This document shows positions 1-12,016 of a DNA stretch of 64,000 bases, piece after piece. Under the pieces are notes generated by a model. The model ran no database searches and was not told the DNA's origin. It saw only the letters and a list, made by a program, of their open reading frames with translations. Where the stretch lies: the NCBI GenBank assembly GCA_018898235.1, contig JAHIJU010000247.1, forward strand, positions 13,124 to 77,123. The letters are read 5' to 3'. How positions within the stretch are numbered: position 1 is the stretch's first letter; every line of letters starts with the position of its first letter. This DNA is from Actinomycetota bacterium (GTDB lineage Bacteria > Actinomycetota > Actinomycetes > Actinomycetales > Cellulomonadaceae). Made by a program: the position numbers and the translations under genes.

Positions 1-42
1 CATCGGGGTGGCTGGCGCGTCACCGCACTCGAGATCGGCTGA
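1..42 (+). CDS. 3' end of a partial CDS, probably Rv3235-family protein convergent on secA
   Basis: Frame 1 reads HRGGWRVTALEIG-stop, resembling the WRxTALExG C-terminus of the Rv3235-like protein often next to actinobacterial secA; only 13 codons visible. Confidence 0.55.
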   Translation, partial: HRGGWRVTALEIG

Positions 43-57
43 CCACGACCACGTCGG

Positions 58-2868
<2,811 letters not shown>

Positions 2869-2972
2869 GCAATGCTCCCCAGGTCACGCCCCGTCCAGGG
2901 GCCACGAGTCGGTCGCACGACCGGCGCGTCCATCGTAGGCGAGCCGCGCGCGGCAACGACCGCCGTCGCCTC

Positions 2973-4229
2973 TCACGCCCCGAGGGCGGCCAGCCGCCGA
3001 CGCAACGGTTCGTGCAGGTCGCCGACCTCGGCCACGACGACCCCGCCCAGATGCTGCCACCGGGCCGCCAGCAACAGCTCGTCGGCCAGCGCCTCGACCA
3101 CCACCGACTCCGGGAGCGGACCGCCCGCCGCCGCGACCACCGGAGCCCGGTGAGCTGCGGCCACCCGCAGCAGCCCCGCCGCGCGGTCGGCCTTGAGATC
3201 GACGAGGGCCGCGATCTGCTCACCCAGCAGGAAGGGCAGCGCGTAGTAGCCCCAGATGCGCCGCGGCGCGGGGGTGTAGATCTCGATGCGATACCGCAGC
3301 CCGAACAGCTCCTCGAGCCGCCGACGTTCGAAGACCAGCGGGTCGAAGGGCGACAGCAGCGCGCTGCCCGCGGCCCGCCGACCCGGTCGAGCCTCGACAT
3401 GCCGGTAGGCCGGGCCCCACCCCGCAACCTCGACCTGCTCCAGGACCCCGTCCTCGACGAGCTCGGCGGCCGCCGGGCGGGCCCGGGCGCTGCCCATCCG
3501 GAAGTAGTCGGCCAGGCAGCGCAGCGACCCCACACCGTGCGCCCGGGCGGCGATCGCCAGCAGCTCACGCAGCGCATCGGCATCCGTGGGCTCCGGCGCG
3601 GCGAGCACAGCGGGTGGCAGGACGCGCTCGACCAGGTCGTACCGACGTTCGAACGAGGCGGTCCGACCCGCCGACGTCACTGCTCCCGTGAAGAACAGGT
3701 ACTCCAGTGCCCGCTTGGCCACGGTCCAGTTCCAGCCCCACTCCTGCGGGACAGGACGCGGGTGCTCGGCGGCCAGCTCGGCGTGCACCTGGGCGCCCGT
3801 CTGCGCCCCGCGGTCGGTGAGCAGCGCCCGCACCTCGCGCACGGCCTCGGGATGCTCATGCACGACCGAACGGATCGAGCCCCAGGCCTGGCGCTCGTGG
3901 TCCCGGTGCCGCCAGCCGAGCAGGCGGTACGTGGAGGGCGGGACGAACGACGCCTCATGCGCCCACGCCTCCACCAGCCGCCGTGGCGCCCGCCCCGAGG
4001 CGGTCTGCAGCAGGGCAGGGTCGTACGGGCCGAGCCGGGAGAAGGCCGGCATCAGGTGCGCCCGCGCGAAGACGTTGACCGAGTCGATCTGCAGCAGCCC
4101 CGTGCGCGCCACGACCTGTTCGAGGTGCCGACCGGTGAGGTTCGGGCGCTGCGGCCGCGGCGCGTCGAGGCCTTGTGCCCGCAGCGCGATCCGACGTGCC
4201 TGCGAGATCGTCAGCCTGGGCGTGGTCAC
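2973..4229 (-). CDS. YcaQ/AlkZ-family (HTH_42) crosslink-repair DNA glycosylase
   Basis: ARRIALRAQG, LLQIDSVNV (QxD motif of the YcaQ-like branch), LLSPFDPLV, YRIEIYTP, GYYALPFL; start placed at GTG 4229 (ORF open to 4262). Confidence 0.88.
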   Translation of the reverse strand: MTTPRLTISQARRIALRAQGLDAPRPQRPNLTGRHLEQVVARTGLLQIDSVNVFARAHLMPAFSRLGPYDPALLQTASGRAPRRLVEAWAHEASFVPPSTYRLLGWRHRDHERQAWGSIRSVVHEHPEAVREVRALLTDRGAQTGAQVHAELAAEHPRPVPQEWGWNWTVAKRALEYLFFTGAVTSAGRTASFERRYDLVERVLPPAVLAAPEPTDADALRELLAIAARAHGVGSLRCLADYFRMGSARARPAAAELVEDGVLEQVEVAGWGPAYRHVEARPGRRAAGSALLSPFDPLVFERRRLEELFGLRYRIEIYTPAPRRIWGYYALPFLLGEQIAALVDLKADRAAGLLRVAAAHRAPVVAAAGGPLPESVVVEALADELLLAARWQHLGGVVVAEVGDLHEPLRRRLAALGA

Positions 4230-4301
4230 GGGCACATCGTGCCGTCCAGCACCCACACGCACCTGCGGCCGGGTCCGGACAGGACCCGGCCGCAGGGACG
4301 G

Positions 4302-4913
4302 TCACAGGGCGGCGAACGCCGCCGTGGAGTCGAGCTTGATGACGCCGTAGGTCCAGCCGTGCCGGCGGTAGACCACCGACGGCAGCGCCGTCTCGACATC
4401 GATGAACAGGAAGAACGGGTGTCCGACGAGCTCCATCTCGTAGAGCGCGTCGTCGATCGTCATGGGGTGGGCCGCGTGCACCTTCTCGCGGATCACGACG
4501 GGTGAGTCGCCGAGGGCGACCTCGACCGCATCGCCGGTCACCGGCTCGGGCACCACGTCGGCCGGAGCCGGCGGGCGCACGTCGACCGGTGGGGTCGGGG
4601 TGTGGTTGCGGTGGTCCTTGCGGCGATCGCGCGTCCGCCGCAGCCGCTCGAGAAGCTTGCCGAGCGCGAGGTCGAGCGCTGCGTACGGATCGCCTGCCGT
4701 CGCCTCGGCGCGCACCACGGGCCCCTTGTCGACCACCGTGATCTCGACGCGTTCACTGGAGTCGGCCTGACGCGGGTTCGTCTCGTGGGACACGAGGACG
4801 TCGACCCGCTGGGCGCGGGGTGCGAGCTGTTCGACCTTCGCCAGCTTGTCCCCGACGTGGGCGCGAAACTTGGCCGAGACTTCCGTGTGCCGGCCAGCAA
4901 CCACGATCTCCAT
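4302..4913 (-). CDS. hpf: Ribosome hibernation promoting factor (long HPF/RaiA)
   Basis: MEIVVAGRH start after AGGAGG RBS; C-terminal REKVHAAHPMTIDDALYEMELVGHPFFLF...SVVYRRHGWTYGVI; sits between comF and secA. Confidence 0.95.
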   Translation of the reverse strand: MEIVVAGRHTEVSAKFRAHVGDKLAKVEQLAPRAQRVDVLVSHETNPRQADSSERVEITVVDKGPVVRAEATAGDPYAALDLALGKLLERLRRTRDRRKDHRNHTPTPPVDVRPPAPADVVPEPVTGDAVEVALGDSPVVIREKVHAAHPMTIDDALYEMELVGHPFFLFIDVETALPSVVYRRHGWTYGVIKLDSTAAFAAL

Positions 4914-5135
4914 GACAACCTCCTGGAGGTTCGAGGGGCGGTCACCCGCCCCGATGACGTGCGAGTAGATCTCCGCCCGTGGGCGGATCGCCATCACCCC
5001 CCTCCCGACGACGCCTCGGCGTCGACACCGGGAGCCGCTGCCGGCTCCCAGTCTCTTCGACCCATCCGTCGGACCGAGATCCGGCCCGACCTGCCTGGTC
5101 AACCGGGGTGGGACCGGCTCCAGGACTCCACGCTA
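4914..5135 (-). promoter_or_regulatory. Putative hpf promoter (-10 TAGCGT at 5135-5130) and hairpin-rich 5' leader
   Basis: TANNNT hexamer followed by about 200 nt holding five GC-rich inverted repeats (4935-4952, 4972-4987, 5009-5024, 5030-5049, 5068-5090). Confidence 0.5.
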
Positions 5136-5896
5136 ACGTCCCGCGGCCCCGCACTCCAGCCGCCGGGCGTGCGACCCGCCCCGGTGTCGACGACCTCACC
5201 CGGTCGCGGCGTCGAGGCGAGCACGACACCGGCGACCAGATGGGCTCCTTCCTCCTCCAGCGCCCGGCGGCAGGCCGCGACGGTCGCACCGGTGGTGAGC
5301 ACGTCGTCCACCAGCAGCACCCTGGCGCCGCCGAGCAGGCGCCGCGCGGCCGGGCGCGCTTCCACCCGCATCCGGCGCCCGCGGGCCCGCGCACCGAGAG
5401 TCGTCGAGTCGACGTCCCGCCCGCGGCGCAGCGCCGCGACCCGTCGCGCGTCCACGCCGCCGGTCCGCAGGTGCGCTGCGACGGCACCGGCCAGCTCCCC
5501 GACCGGGTCGCCACCGCGGCGACGGCGCGCTGCACCCGAGGTGGGCACGCCGACCACGAGCAGCCGATCGGACCCGGACACGAACCGTGTGACCTCCGGG
5601 TCGCCGACCACGGCGGCCAGTGCGCGCGCGAACACGGGCTGCAGGTCCGCGCGGCCGCCGTCCTTCCAGGCACTCACGGCCGGACGCACCGGGCCGGTGA
5701 AGGACGTCGCGCACCAGACCGGGGGCGGCGCGCAGCCGTCGAGCAGGTCGAGCCGTCCCGCACGGTGCTCGCACCGCTGCGGCGCCCGGATCAGCTGCTG
5801 GGCGCACGAGGCGCACCACGACTCGTCCGGGGTCCCGCACCCCGCGCAGCCGACGGGCAGGACGAGACCCCACAGCTGGGCGAGCAGACCGGGCAC
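5099..5896 (-). CDS. comF: ComF-family phosphoribosyltransferase-domain protein
   Basis: N-terminal CAGC...CASC zinc finger; PRPP-binding LLVDDVLTTGAT; conserved position between lpqB and hpf. Confidence 0.9.
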   Translation of the reverse strand: MPGLLAQLWGLVLPVGCAGCGTPDESWCASCAQQLIRAPQRCEHRAGRLDLLDGCAPPPVWCATSFTGPVRPAVSAWKDGGRADLQPVFARALAAVVGDPEVTRFVSGSDRLLVVGVPTSGAARRRRGGDPVGELAGAVAAHLRTGGVDARRVAALRRGRDVDSTTLGARARGRRMRVEARPAARRLLGGARVLLVDDVLTTGATVAACRRALEEEGAHLVAGVVLASTPRPGEVVDTGAGRTPGGWSAGPRDVSVESWSRSHPG

Positions 5897-6017
5897 CCAC
5901 GAAGGCTGGGGCGTCCGTCGCCGGCCCGGTGATCGACGATCGGCACCCGCCCCGGTCCGGTGCCGCGACAGCGGCAGGGGACGGGTCGCCCGGGCCTCGG
6001 GACAGCCGGGCCTCGGA

Positions 6018-7670
6018 TCAGCCGGGGTACGCGGGATCTCTCACCTGGACGGCGCCGGGCACCTCGACCCAGGTGCGACCGTCGTACCGACGAAGATCAC
6101 CGTCGGACGTGGCGACCAGCAGGGTCCGCTCGCCGACGTCCGCCGCGACGCTCACCGCGTCCGAGACTGTCGGCAGGGTCTCGGTCGGACCTGTGACGGG
6201 CACCCGCGAGAGCACCGCCGCGCCCGCGACGTGCCCCAGGACGACCAACGTCGATGCATCGAGCCAGACCAGCTGGTCCGCGGCCGTCAGGCTCGCACCG
6301 ACCTGGATCGAGACGCCGATCGACGCCGGCGCTCCGGACTTGTCCCGGACGATTCCCGCGACGTCGATCGAGGTGCCGCTGTCGCCGACCGACACGACCG
6401 CGACACGCGTCCCGTCACGCGAGACCCGCAGCGCCGTGACGGTACGTCCGGCGAGCCAGTCGACCGCGAGCCGAACGACCTGGCCCGCCGACCCGACCGC
6501 CGTCAGTCCCTCACCCGGCAGCTGCCGGGCCGTCCATACCCAGTCGAACCGGTCGACCGACGGCGCCGCCAGGTTGCCGCCGGAGGCCAGCACCACGGCA
6601 TCCGGCCCGGAGGTCGGGAGCCTGACCAGTGACCCGGTGCCCGACAGCGCCACCCGCACGTTCCCCGCCAGGTCCACCGCAGGTGCACGTGCGCCGAGCC
6701 CGGCGAGCGTGGCGATGCCGGCCACCGGGGTCAGCGCACCATTCGTCAGCTGGACCAACGAGTCGCCGGCGAGCATCACCGGGACCTGCACATCGGTCTC
6801 GGCGAAGGTCGGCTCGCCGTCCAGCAACGCCCCGTCGACCCCGGCCCGCACCGACACCGCACGGATGCCCGGCAGATCGAGCGAGTGGGTGATCTGGGCG
6901 AGCAGCAACCCGCGCTGGGGCGCCGCGATCACCGTCGCCGCGGGTTGCAGCACCACCTGGGCCGTGCCGTCCGCGCCGATCGTGACGGCCTCCGGCTTGA
7001 GCTCGATCCCGTCGGGCACCGCCGTGGTCACCGCGTCCTGGAGCCAGGGTGACGGACCCGCGAGCAGCCCGCGGACGACGGAGGTCGCCAGGTTCCGCAC
7101 CGGGTAGTACCGCACGTCGGGCACCAGCTCGGCGCCGTCGAGGGTCACGAAGTAGAGCGGGGCCGAGCGGTACTGCTGCTGGAACACCCGTTCGGACACC
7201 ACCAGACCGGCGGGCGGTTCGGAGATCCGCCACTCGCTGTCCACCTGGATCAGGTCGAACGTGACCGACTCGCGTGCATCGGCCGCCTCCGCGAACCGGC
7301 CGACCTTGTCGACCTTCCCGATGACGTCGAGGGATGCGGTGAACTGGCGCTCACCGGTCTGGGTCAGCGTGGTCTGGCTGGCGATCGTCGTGCCGACCGA
7401 CGGGTCCCATGACTGGGCCACATCGCCCGCCAGGAACTGCCGGGCCACCGAGAAGTCGCCCGACAGCCCCGCCGAACCGGCCAGCATGAAGCCCTCGACG
7501 ATCGCCCGCGGCGTCGCGCCGGGCTGCGGTCCCTCCGGGAGCGCGACGACTCCGGTGGCGTCGTCGACCTCCACGTCGCCGGCGTTCACCTGACCGGACG
7601 TCGGGATGCCGGCGCACCCCGAGAGCACCGCCACGAGCACCAGCACCAGCCCGACCGCACGCCGTCTCAT
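6018..7670 (-). CDS. lpqB: Lipoprotein LpqB (GerMN plus beta-propeller)
   Basis: Signal peptide with lipobox LSGC (MRRRAVGLVLVLVAVLSGC); PQPGATPRAIVEGF, LVPDVRY, LLAGPSPWL, VSRDGTRVAVV, ends PAYPG; ATGA overlap with mtrB stop. Confidence 0.93.
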   Translation of the reverse strand: MRRRAVGLVLVLVAVLSGCAGIPTSGQVNAGDVEVDDATGVVALPEGPQPGATPRAIVEGFMLAGSAGLSGDFSVARQFLAGDVAQSWDPSVGTTIASQTTLTQTGERQFTASLDVIGKVDKVGRFAEAADARESVTFDLIQVDSEWRISEPPAGLVVSERVFQQQYRSAPLYFVTLDGAELVPDVRYYPVRNLATSVVRGLLAGPSPWLQDAVTTAVPDGIELKPEAVTIGADGTAQVVLQPAATVIAAPQRGLLLAQITHSLDLPGIRAVSVRAGVDGALLDGEPTFAETDVQVPVMLAGDSLVQLTNGALTPVAGIATLAGLGARAPAVDLAGNVRVALSGTGSLVRLPTSGPDAVVLASGGNLAAPSVDRFDWVWTARQLPGEGLTAVGSAGQVVRLAVDWLAGRTVTALRVSRDGTRVAVVSVGDSGTSIDVAGIVRDKSGAPASIGVSIQVGASLTAADQLVWLDASTLVVLGHVAGAAVLSRVPVTGPTETLPTVSDAVSVAADVGERTLLVATSDGDLRRYDGRTWVEVPGAVQVRDPAYPG

Positions 7671-9403
7671 CGTCCCGCCTCCGGATCGGGGACCACCGGC
7701 ACCGCACCGGTCGCCAATGTGAGGTGAGGCAGCGCGGCCGGGCCGGTCGCGGGCCGCAGCGCCGTCGCCGCGGTCGGCGGGTCGACGGGCACCAGAGGCA
7801 GCGGCGAGCCCGTCAGCGTGAGTCCGGCACGCAGCGGCAGGGTCAGCCGGAAGCAGGCGCCCTGGCCGGGGCGACCCCACGCCTCGAGCCAGCCGCCGTG
7901 CAGCCGCGCGTCCTCGGCCGAGATCGCCAGGCCCAGACCGGTGCCACCCGTGGACCGTGCCCGCGCCGGGTCCGCGCGCCAGAACCGGTCGAACACGTGG
8001 TCGGCCTCGCCGGCCGTCATCCCGACACCGTGGTCGCGCACCGTGACGGCGACCGCACGGGCATCCGCCGCCACCTCGACCTCCACCGGGCTGCCCTCCG
8101 CGTGCTCGACGGCGTTGACCAGCAGGTTGCGCAGCACCCGTTCCACCCGGCGGGGGTCGATGTCGGCGATCACCCGCTCGGCCGGCAGCTGGACCGCGAT
8201 CCACGACCCCCGGCGCTCCGCGAGCGGAGCCGCGGCCTCGGCCGCGTCCTTGACCACCTCGCGCACATCGTGCGACTGCGCCTCCAGCACGGCTGCACCG
8301 GCATCGAACCGGCTGATCTCCAGCAGATCCGCGAGCAGGTCCTCGAACCGGTCGAGCTGCGTGGTCATGAGCTCGGCCGAACGCTTGACCGCGGGTTCGA
8401 ACTCGTCCCGCGCACCATGGATCACCTCGGCGGCGATCCGGATCGTGGTGAGCGGCGTACGCAGCTCGTGCGACACGTCGGAGACGAACCGGCGCTGCAG
8501 GGTGGACAGCTCGGCCATCCGGGCGATCTGGTCGGCCAGCGAATCGGCCATCTCGTTGAACGACCTGGCCAGGGTGGCCATCTCGTCCTGGCCGCGCACC
8601 ATCATGCGTTCGTCGAGGTGCCCGTCGGCGAGCCGTTCCGCGACCTGCGCTGCCTGCACCACCGGCCGGACCGCCTGGCGGGTCACGATGAAGGTCATGG
8701 CGCCGAGCAGCAGCACGAGCGCGACGCCCGCGACCAGGAAGGTGCGCAGCAGGAAATCCAGCCTGTCCTGCTCGGGCTGCAAGGAGTAGAGGAAATAGAG
8801 CTGGTAGCCGCCCACCACCGGCACCGCGACGCTCTGCCCCACCACCACCCCCGGGACACGCACCCCGGCCGAGGTCATCAACGCCACCGACTGCCAGTGC
8901 TGCCCGCCGCGCGCGACCGCCTGCTCGAGGTCCGCCGAGACCACCCCCGGCAGGTCGGCGTCCGAGGCGAAGCTCGCGACCGACTCCGGGGCGTCCTCGC
9001 CCGGGGCTCGCAGCAGCACCACGCCGCGGTCGGAGGTCCCGCCCGTGCCCTGCGTCGTCGTGACGTCCCAGAGCAGCTGCTGGACGTCGGCGCCGGTGGT
9101 CGCGGTCGAGGAGTCGAACGTGGACTGCGCCTGGGCGGTGCTGCGCGAGCTCTCGGCCAGCACCTGGGTCACCCGGGCGTCGAAGAGCCCGTCCCGCGTG
9201 CGTTCGGAGACGAAGAGGCCGACAGCGCTGATCGCCGCGAGCCCGATCGCCAGGGTCGAGGCGAACACCCGGACCTGCAGCGACGAGGTGAACGCGAGGT
9301 GCGCGGCGCGCGCCCGACGCACGGTGTCCAGCCGTCGGCGCCTGACCAGCGCGACGAGACGTGGACGAGGTCCAGGGCGCGGGGCCGCGTCGGGGGCGCT
9401 CAC
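7667..9403 (-). CDS. mtrB: Sensor histidine kinase MtrB
   Basis: Two TM segments, HAMP, H-box QRRFVSDVSHELRTPLTT, ATPase box FDRFWRADPARARSTGGTGLGLAI; lies between mtrA and lpqB. Confidence 0.96.
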   Translation of the reverse strand: MSAPDAAPRPGPRPRLVALVRRRRLDTVRRARAAHLAFTSSLQVRVFASTLAIGLAAISAVGLFVSERTRDGLFDARVTQVLAESSRSTAQAQSTFDSSTATTGADVQQLLWDVTTTQGTGGTSDRGVVLLRAPGEDAPESVASFASDADLPGVVSADLEQAVARGGQHWQSVALMTSAGVRVPGVVVGQSVAVPVVGGYQLYFLYSLQPEQDRLDFLLRTFLVAGVALVLLLGAMTFIVTRQAVRPVVQAAQVAERLADGHLDERMMVRGQDEMATLARSFNEMADSLADQIARMAELSTLQRRFVSDVSHELRTPLTTIRIAAEVIHGARDEFEPAVKRSAELMTTQLDRFEDLLADLLEISRFDAGAAVLEAQSHDVREVVKDAAEAAAPLAERRGSWIAVQLPAERVIADIDPRRVERVLRNLLVNAVEHAEGSPVEVEVAADARAVAVTVRDHGVGMTAGEADHVFDRFWRADPARARSTGGTGLGLAISAEDARLHGGWLEAWGRPGQGACFRLTLPLRAGLTLTGSPLPLVPVDPPTAATALRPATGPAALPHLTLATGAVPVVPDPEAGR

Positions 9404-10083
9404 GGCACCGGCGCGCCCGCCTTGTAGCCGACGCCCCGCACCGTCACCACGATCTCGGGCCGTTCGGGGTCGGTCTCGATCTTGGAGCGCAGCCGCTGCA
9501 CATGGACGTTGACCAACCGGGTGTCGGCGGCGTGCCGGTAGCCCCAGACCTTCTCCAGCAGCACCTCACGGGTGAAGACCTGCCACGGTTTGCGTGCCAA
9601 CGCCACCAGGAGATCGAACTCCAGCGGCGTCAACGACACCACGCGGCCCCCGCGCTCCACGCGGTGGCCCGGCACGTCGATCGACACGTCGCCGATCGTC
9701 AGGTGCTCGGGTGAGGGCTCGTCGGTGCGCCGCAGCCTGGCCCGCACGCGGGCGACCAGCTCCTTGGGCTTGAACGGCTTGGAGATGTAGTCGTCGGCAC
9801 CGGACTCGAGCCCGAGCACCACGTCGACCGTGTCGCTCTTGGCGGTCAACATGACGATCGGGACACCCGACTCGGCGCGGATCAACCGGCACACCTCGTT
9901 GCCGTCCTTGCCGGGCAGCATGAGGTCCAGCAGCACCAGATCGGGTCCGGTCGAACGGAAGGTCGCCAGCGCAGAGTCACCGTCCTCGCAGAAGAACGGT
10001 TCGAAACCCTCCGAGCGCAGCACGATGCCGATCATCTCGGCGAGCGCCGTGTCGTCGTCGACCACGAGCACACGTCCCCTCAT
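9400..10083 (-). CDS. mtrA: Response regulator MtrA
   Basis: MRGRVLVVDDDTALAEM, LLDLMLPG, VWGYRHAADTRLVNVHVQRLRSKIE signature; alternative ATG at 10092. Confidence 0.97.
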   Translation of the reverse strand: MRGRVLVVDDDTALAEMIGIVLRSEGFEPFFCEDGDSALATFRSTGPDLVLLDLMLPGKDGNEVCRLIRAESGVPIVMLTAKSDTVDVVLGLESGADDYISKPFKPKELVARVRARLRRTDEPSPEHLTIGDVSIDVPGHRVERGGRVVSLTPLEFDLLVALARKPWQVFTREVLLEKVWGYRHAADTRLVNVHVQRLRSKIETDPERPEIVVTVRGVGYKAGAPVP

Positions 10084-10199
10084 GGCCGACATTCTCGCAC
10101 CCTGCGGTCCCGACCTCGCCCGACGGACCGGGCCGGGCATGGCACGATGAGTCGGCGGGGGCCAACGCGGCCACCGGAAGCACCAGGGAGCCGCACCCG

Positions 10200-11369
10200 A
10201 TGAGCACGACACCCGGCGACGATGGCCGTGAGCCCAGCAGCTGGGCCCCGGTCGGCAGCCCTCCTCCGGTCGACGGTTCGCCAGCACCGCCGGCCCCGGC
10301 ACCGGTCGCTCCGCAGAGCTGGGGCGCCCCCGTCGCGCCACCCCTGGGTGGATACCCGCCGGCCCCGGCACCGGGCTACCCACCCGCTCCGGCGGGCTAC
10401 CCCGGCGGCTGGCAGCCGCCGGTGCTGCAGCCGGGCATCGTCCCGCTGCGACCGCTCGGCCTCGGGGAGATCCTGGACGGCGCGGTCCGTGCGATCCGCG
10501 CGAACCCGGCCGTCATGTTCGGGCTGGCGGCCGCGGCCGTCGCGATCGCCGTCGTGCTCCAGGCGCTCATCCAGGTCGCGGTCGCGCCGACCATCTCGGC
10601 GCAGATCTCCGACTGGCTGGAGGGTTCGTCCTTCGGTTCGGCCATGGGATCGCAGACCGGCCAGATCTCGGACACCTACGGCTCATCGTTCGGGCAGCTC
10701 GCCTCCCTCCCGCTCACCCAGCTCGTGATCACCATCCTGACCGGCCTGCTCATCGTGTCGGTCAGCAAGTCCGTGCTCGGCGAGACCATCACGGTCGGCG
10801 AGGTCGTGCGGAACTCGCGCGTGTGGTGGGTTCTCGGGTTCACGCTGCTCGCGGGGCTGGCCTCGCTCGTGGTGACCGGCGCGGTGGTGGCCCTGGCGGT
10901 CCTGCTCGTCCAGGCGCAGTCGTGGGGTGCGCTCGCGGCGAGCCTCCTGATCCTGGTGCCTGCCCTCATCGTCGCGACCGTGTGGTTCACCGTGCGGACC
11001 ATGCTCGTACCGCCGGCCCTCATGCTCGAGGGGCGCGGGTTCTGGTCCACCGTCGCCCGCGCGTGGCGGCTCACCCGTGGCTCGTTCTGGCGGCTGTTCG
11101 GGATCTCCCTGCTGGTGTCGGTGATGGTCGGCGTGGCCAGCAGCGCGGTCCAGTTCCCGATCTCGGTCCTCGCCCAGCTCGTGACGGGTGACGCGGCAGG
11201 CATCTCGGTGGGCTCGGTGGCCATCACCTCGGTCGGCAAGGCCATCACGCTCACGTTCACCACCACGTACCAGGCGGCCGTCACGGCACTGCTCTACATC
11301 GACGTGCGGATGCGACGGGAAGGCCTCGACCTCGAGCTCGGCCAGGCCGCCGCGGCCCGGACGGCGTGA
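10200..11369 (+). CDS. Integral membrane protein with Pro-rich N-terminus (first gene of the MoxR cluster)
   Basis: PGIVPLRPLGLGEILDGA and LLYIDVRMRREGLD motifs typical of the membrane protein preceding DUF4129; about 6 TM segments. Confidence 0.8.
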   Translation: MSTTPGDDGREPSSWAPVGSPPPVDGSPAPPAPAPVAPQSWGAPVAPPLGGYPPAPAPGYPPAPAGYPGGWQPPVLQPGIVPLRPLGLGEILDGAVRAIRANPAVMFGLAAAAVAIAVVLQALIQVAVAPTISAQISDWLEGSSFGSAMGSQTGQISDTYGSSFGQLASLPLTQLVITILTGLLIVSVSKSVLGETITVGEVVRNSRVWWVLGFTLLAGLASLVVTGAVVALAVLLVQAQSWGALAASLLILVPALIVATVWFTVRTMLVPPALMLEGRGFWSTVARAWRLTRGSFWRLFGISLLVSVMVGVASSAVQFPISVLAQLVTGDAAGISVGSVAITSVGKAITLTFTTTYQAAVTALLYIDVRMRREGLDLELGQAAAARTA

Positions 11370-12016
11370 TCACGATCGGTCCGCTGCGCCTCGACGTGCC
11401 GGTGGATCCGGACGCGTCGACGGCACGGCGGTGGGCCGAACATGAGCTCTCGGACCCGATCTACCACCGGGGCTCCTCGCTGCTGACCCGCTTCCTGGAC
11501 TGGGTGGTCCAGCAGCTCGACGCGTTGTCGCAGGTCTCGATCACGTCGAACACCGGTCTTCTGGTGCTGCTCGGCGTCCTGGTCGCCCTCGTGGTCGTCG
11601 TCCTCGTGGTGGCCGGTCCGGTCCGTCGCCGCCAGCACGCGATCGCCGCGGCCGGATCGGCGGTGCTGGTCGACGATTCCCGCAACGCCTCACGACTGCG
11701 CGACGACGCCCGCGCCGCCGCGGCCCGCGGAGCCTGGGAGGCGGCGGTCGCCGACTGGTTCCGCGCCGTCGTGCGTGGGCTCGAGGAACGCACGGTGCTG
11801 GACGAACGCCCCGGCCGGACCGCCGACGAGGCCGCAGGCTCCGCGGCCCGCCGGCTGCCCGAGCTGGCTGACGCGCTGTGGGACGGCGCCCGGCTGTTCG
11901 ACGACGTCGTCTACGGCCACCGGCGTGCAGGTCCGGGCGACGAGGCACGGATGCGTGCGCTCGACACCGCCGTCCAGGCCAGCCGGCCCGTGTGGCCGGC
12001 CGCGGTGGTCGGATGA
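11366..12016 (+). CDS. DUF4129-domain membrane protein
   Basis: ARRWAEHELSDPIY, FRAVVRGLEER, PGRTADE, FDDVVYG; GTGA overlap with upstream gene. Confidence 0.85.
   Translation: MITIGPLRLDVPVDPDASTARRWAEHELSDPIYHRGSSLLTRFLDWVVQQLDALSQVSITSNTGLLVLLGVLVALVVVVLVVAGPVRRRQHAIAAAGSAVLVDDSRNASRLRDDARAAAARGAWEAAVADWFRAVVRGLEERTVLDERPGRTADEAAGSAARRLPELADALWDGARLFDDVVYGHRRAGPGDEARMRALDTAVQASRPVWPAAVVG

Noticed and set aside
4914-5098. Calling this region the canonical raiA motif ncRNA
   Set aside because: Position fits, but I could not find the conserved core segments I recall; kept only as a candidate structured leader
6018-8204. 728-aa ORF as an extended LpqB; similarly long versions of mtrA, hpf, galE, manB, DUF2304, GT4 (49496) and the amidase
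   Set aside because: The extensions overlap neighbouring genes and are low-complexity; internal starts match family N-termini, RBSs or stop/start overlaps
10320-10410. Short repeated GYPPAPA-encoding segments, and the Pro-rich MoxR N-terminus
   Set aside because: Ordinary low-complexity Pro-rich linkers, not an array
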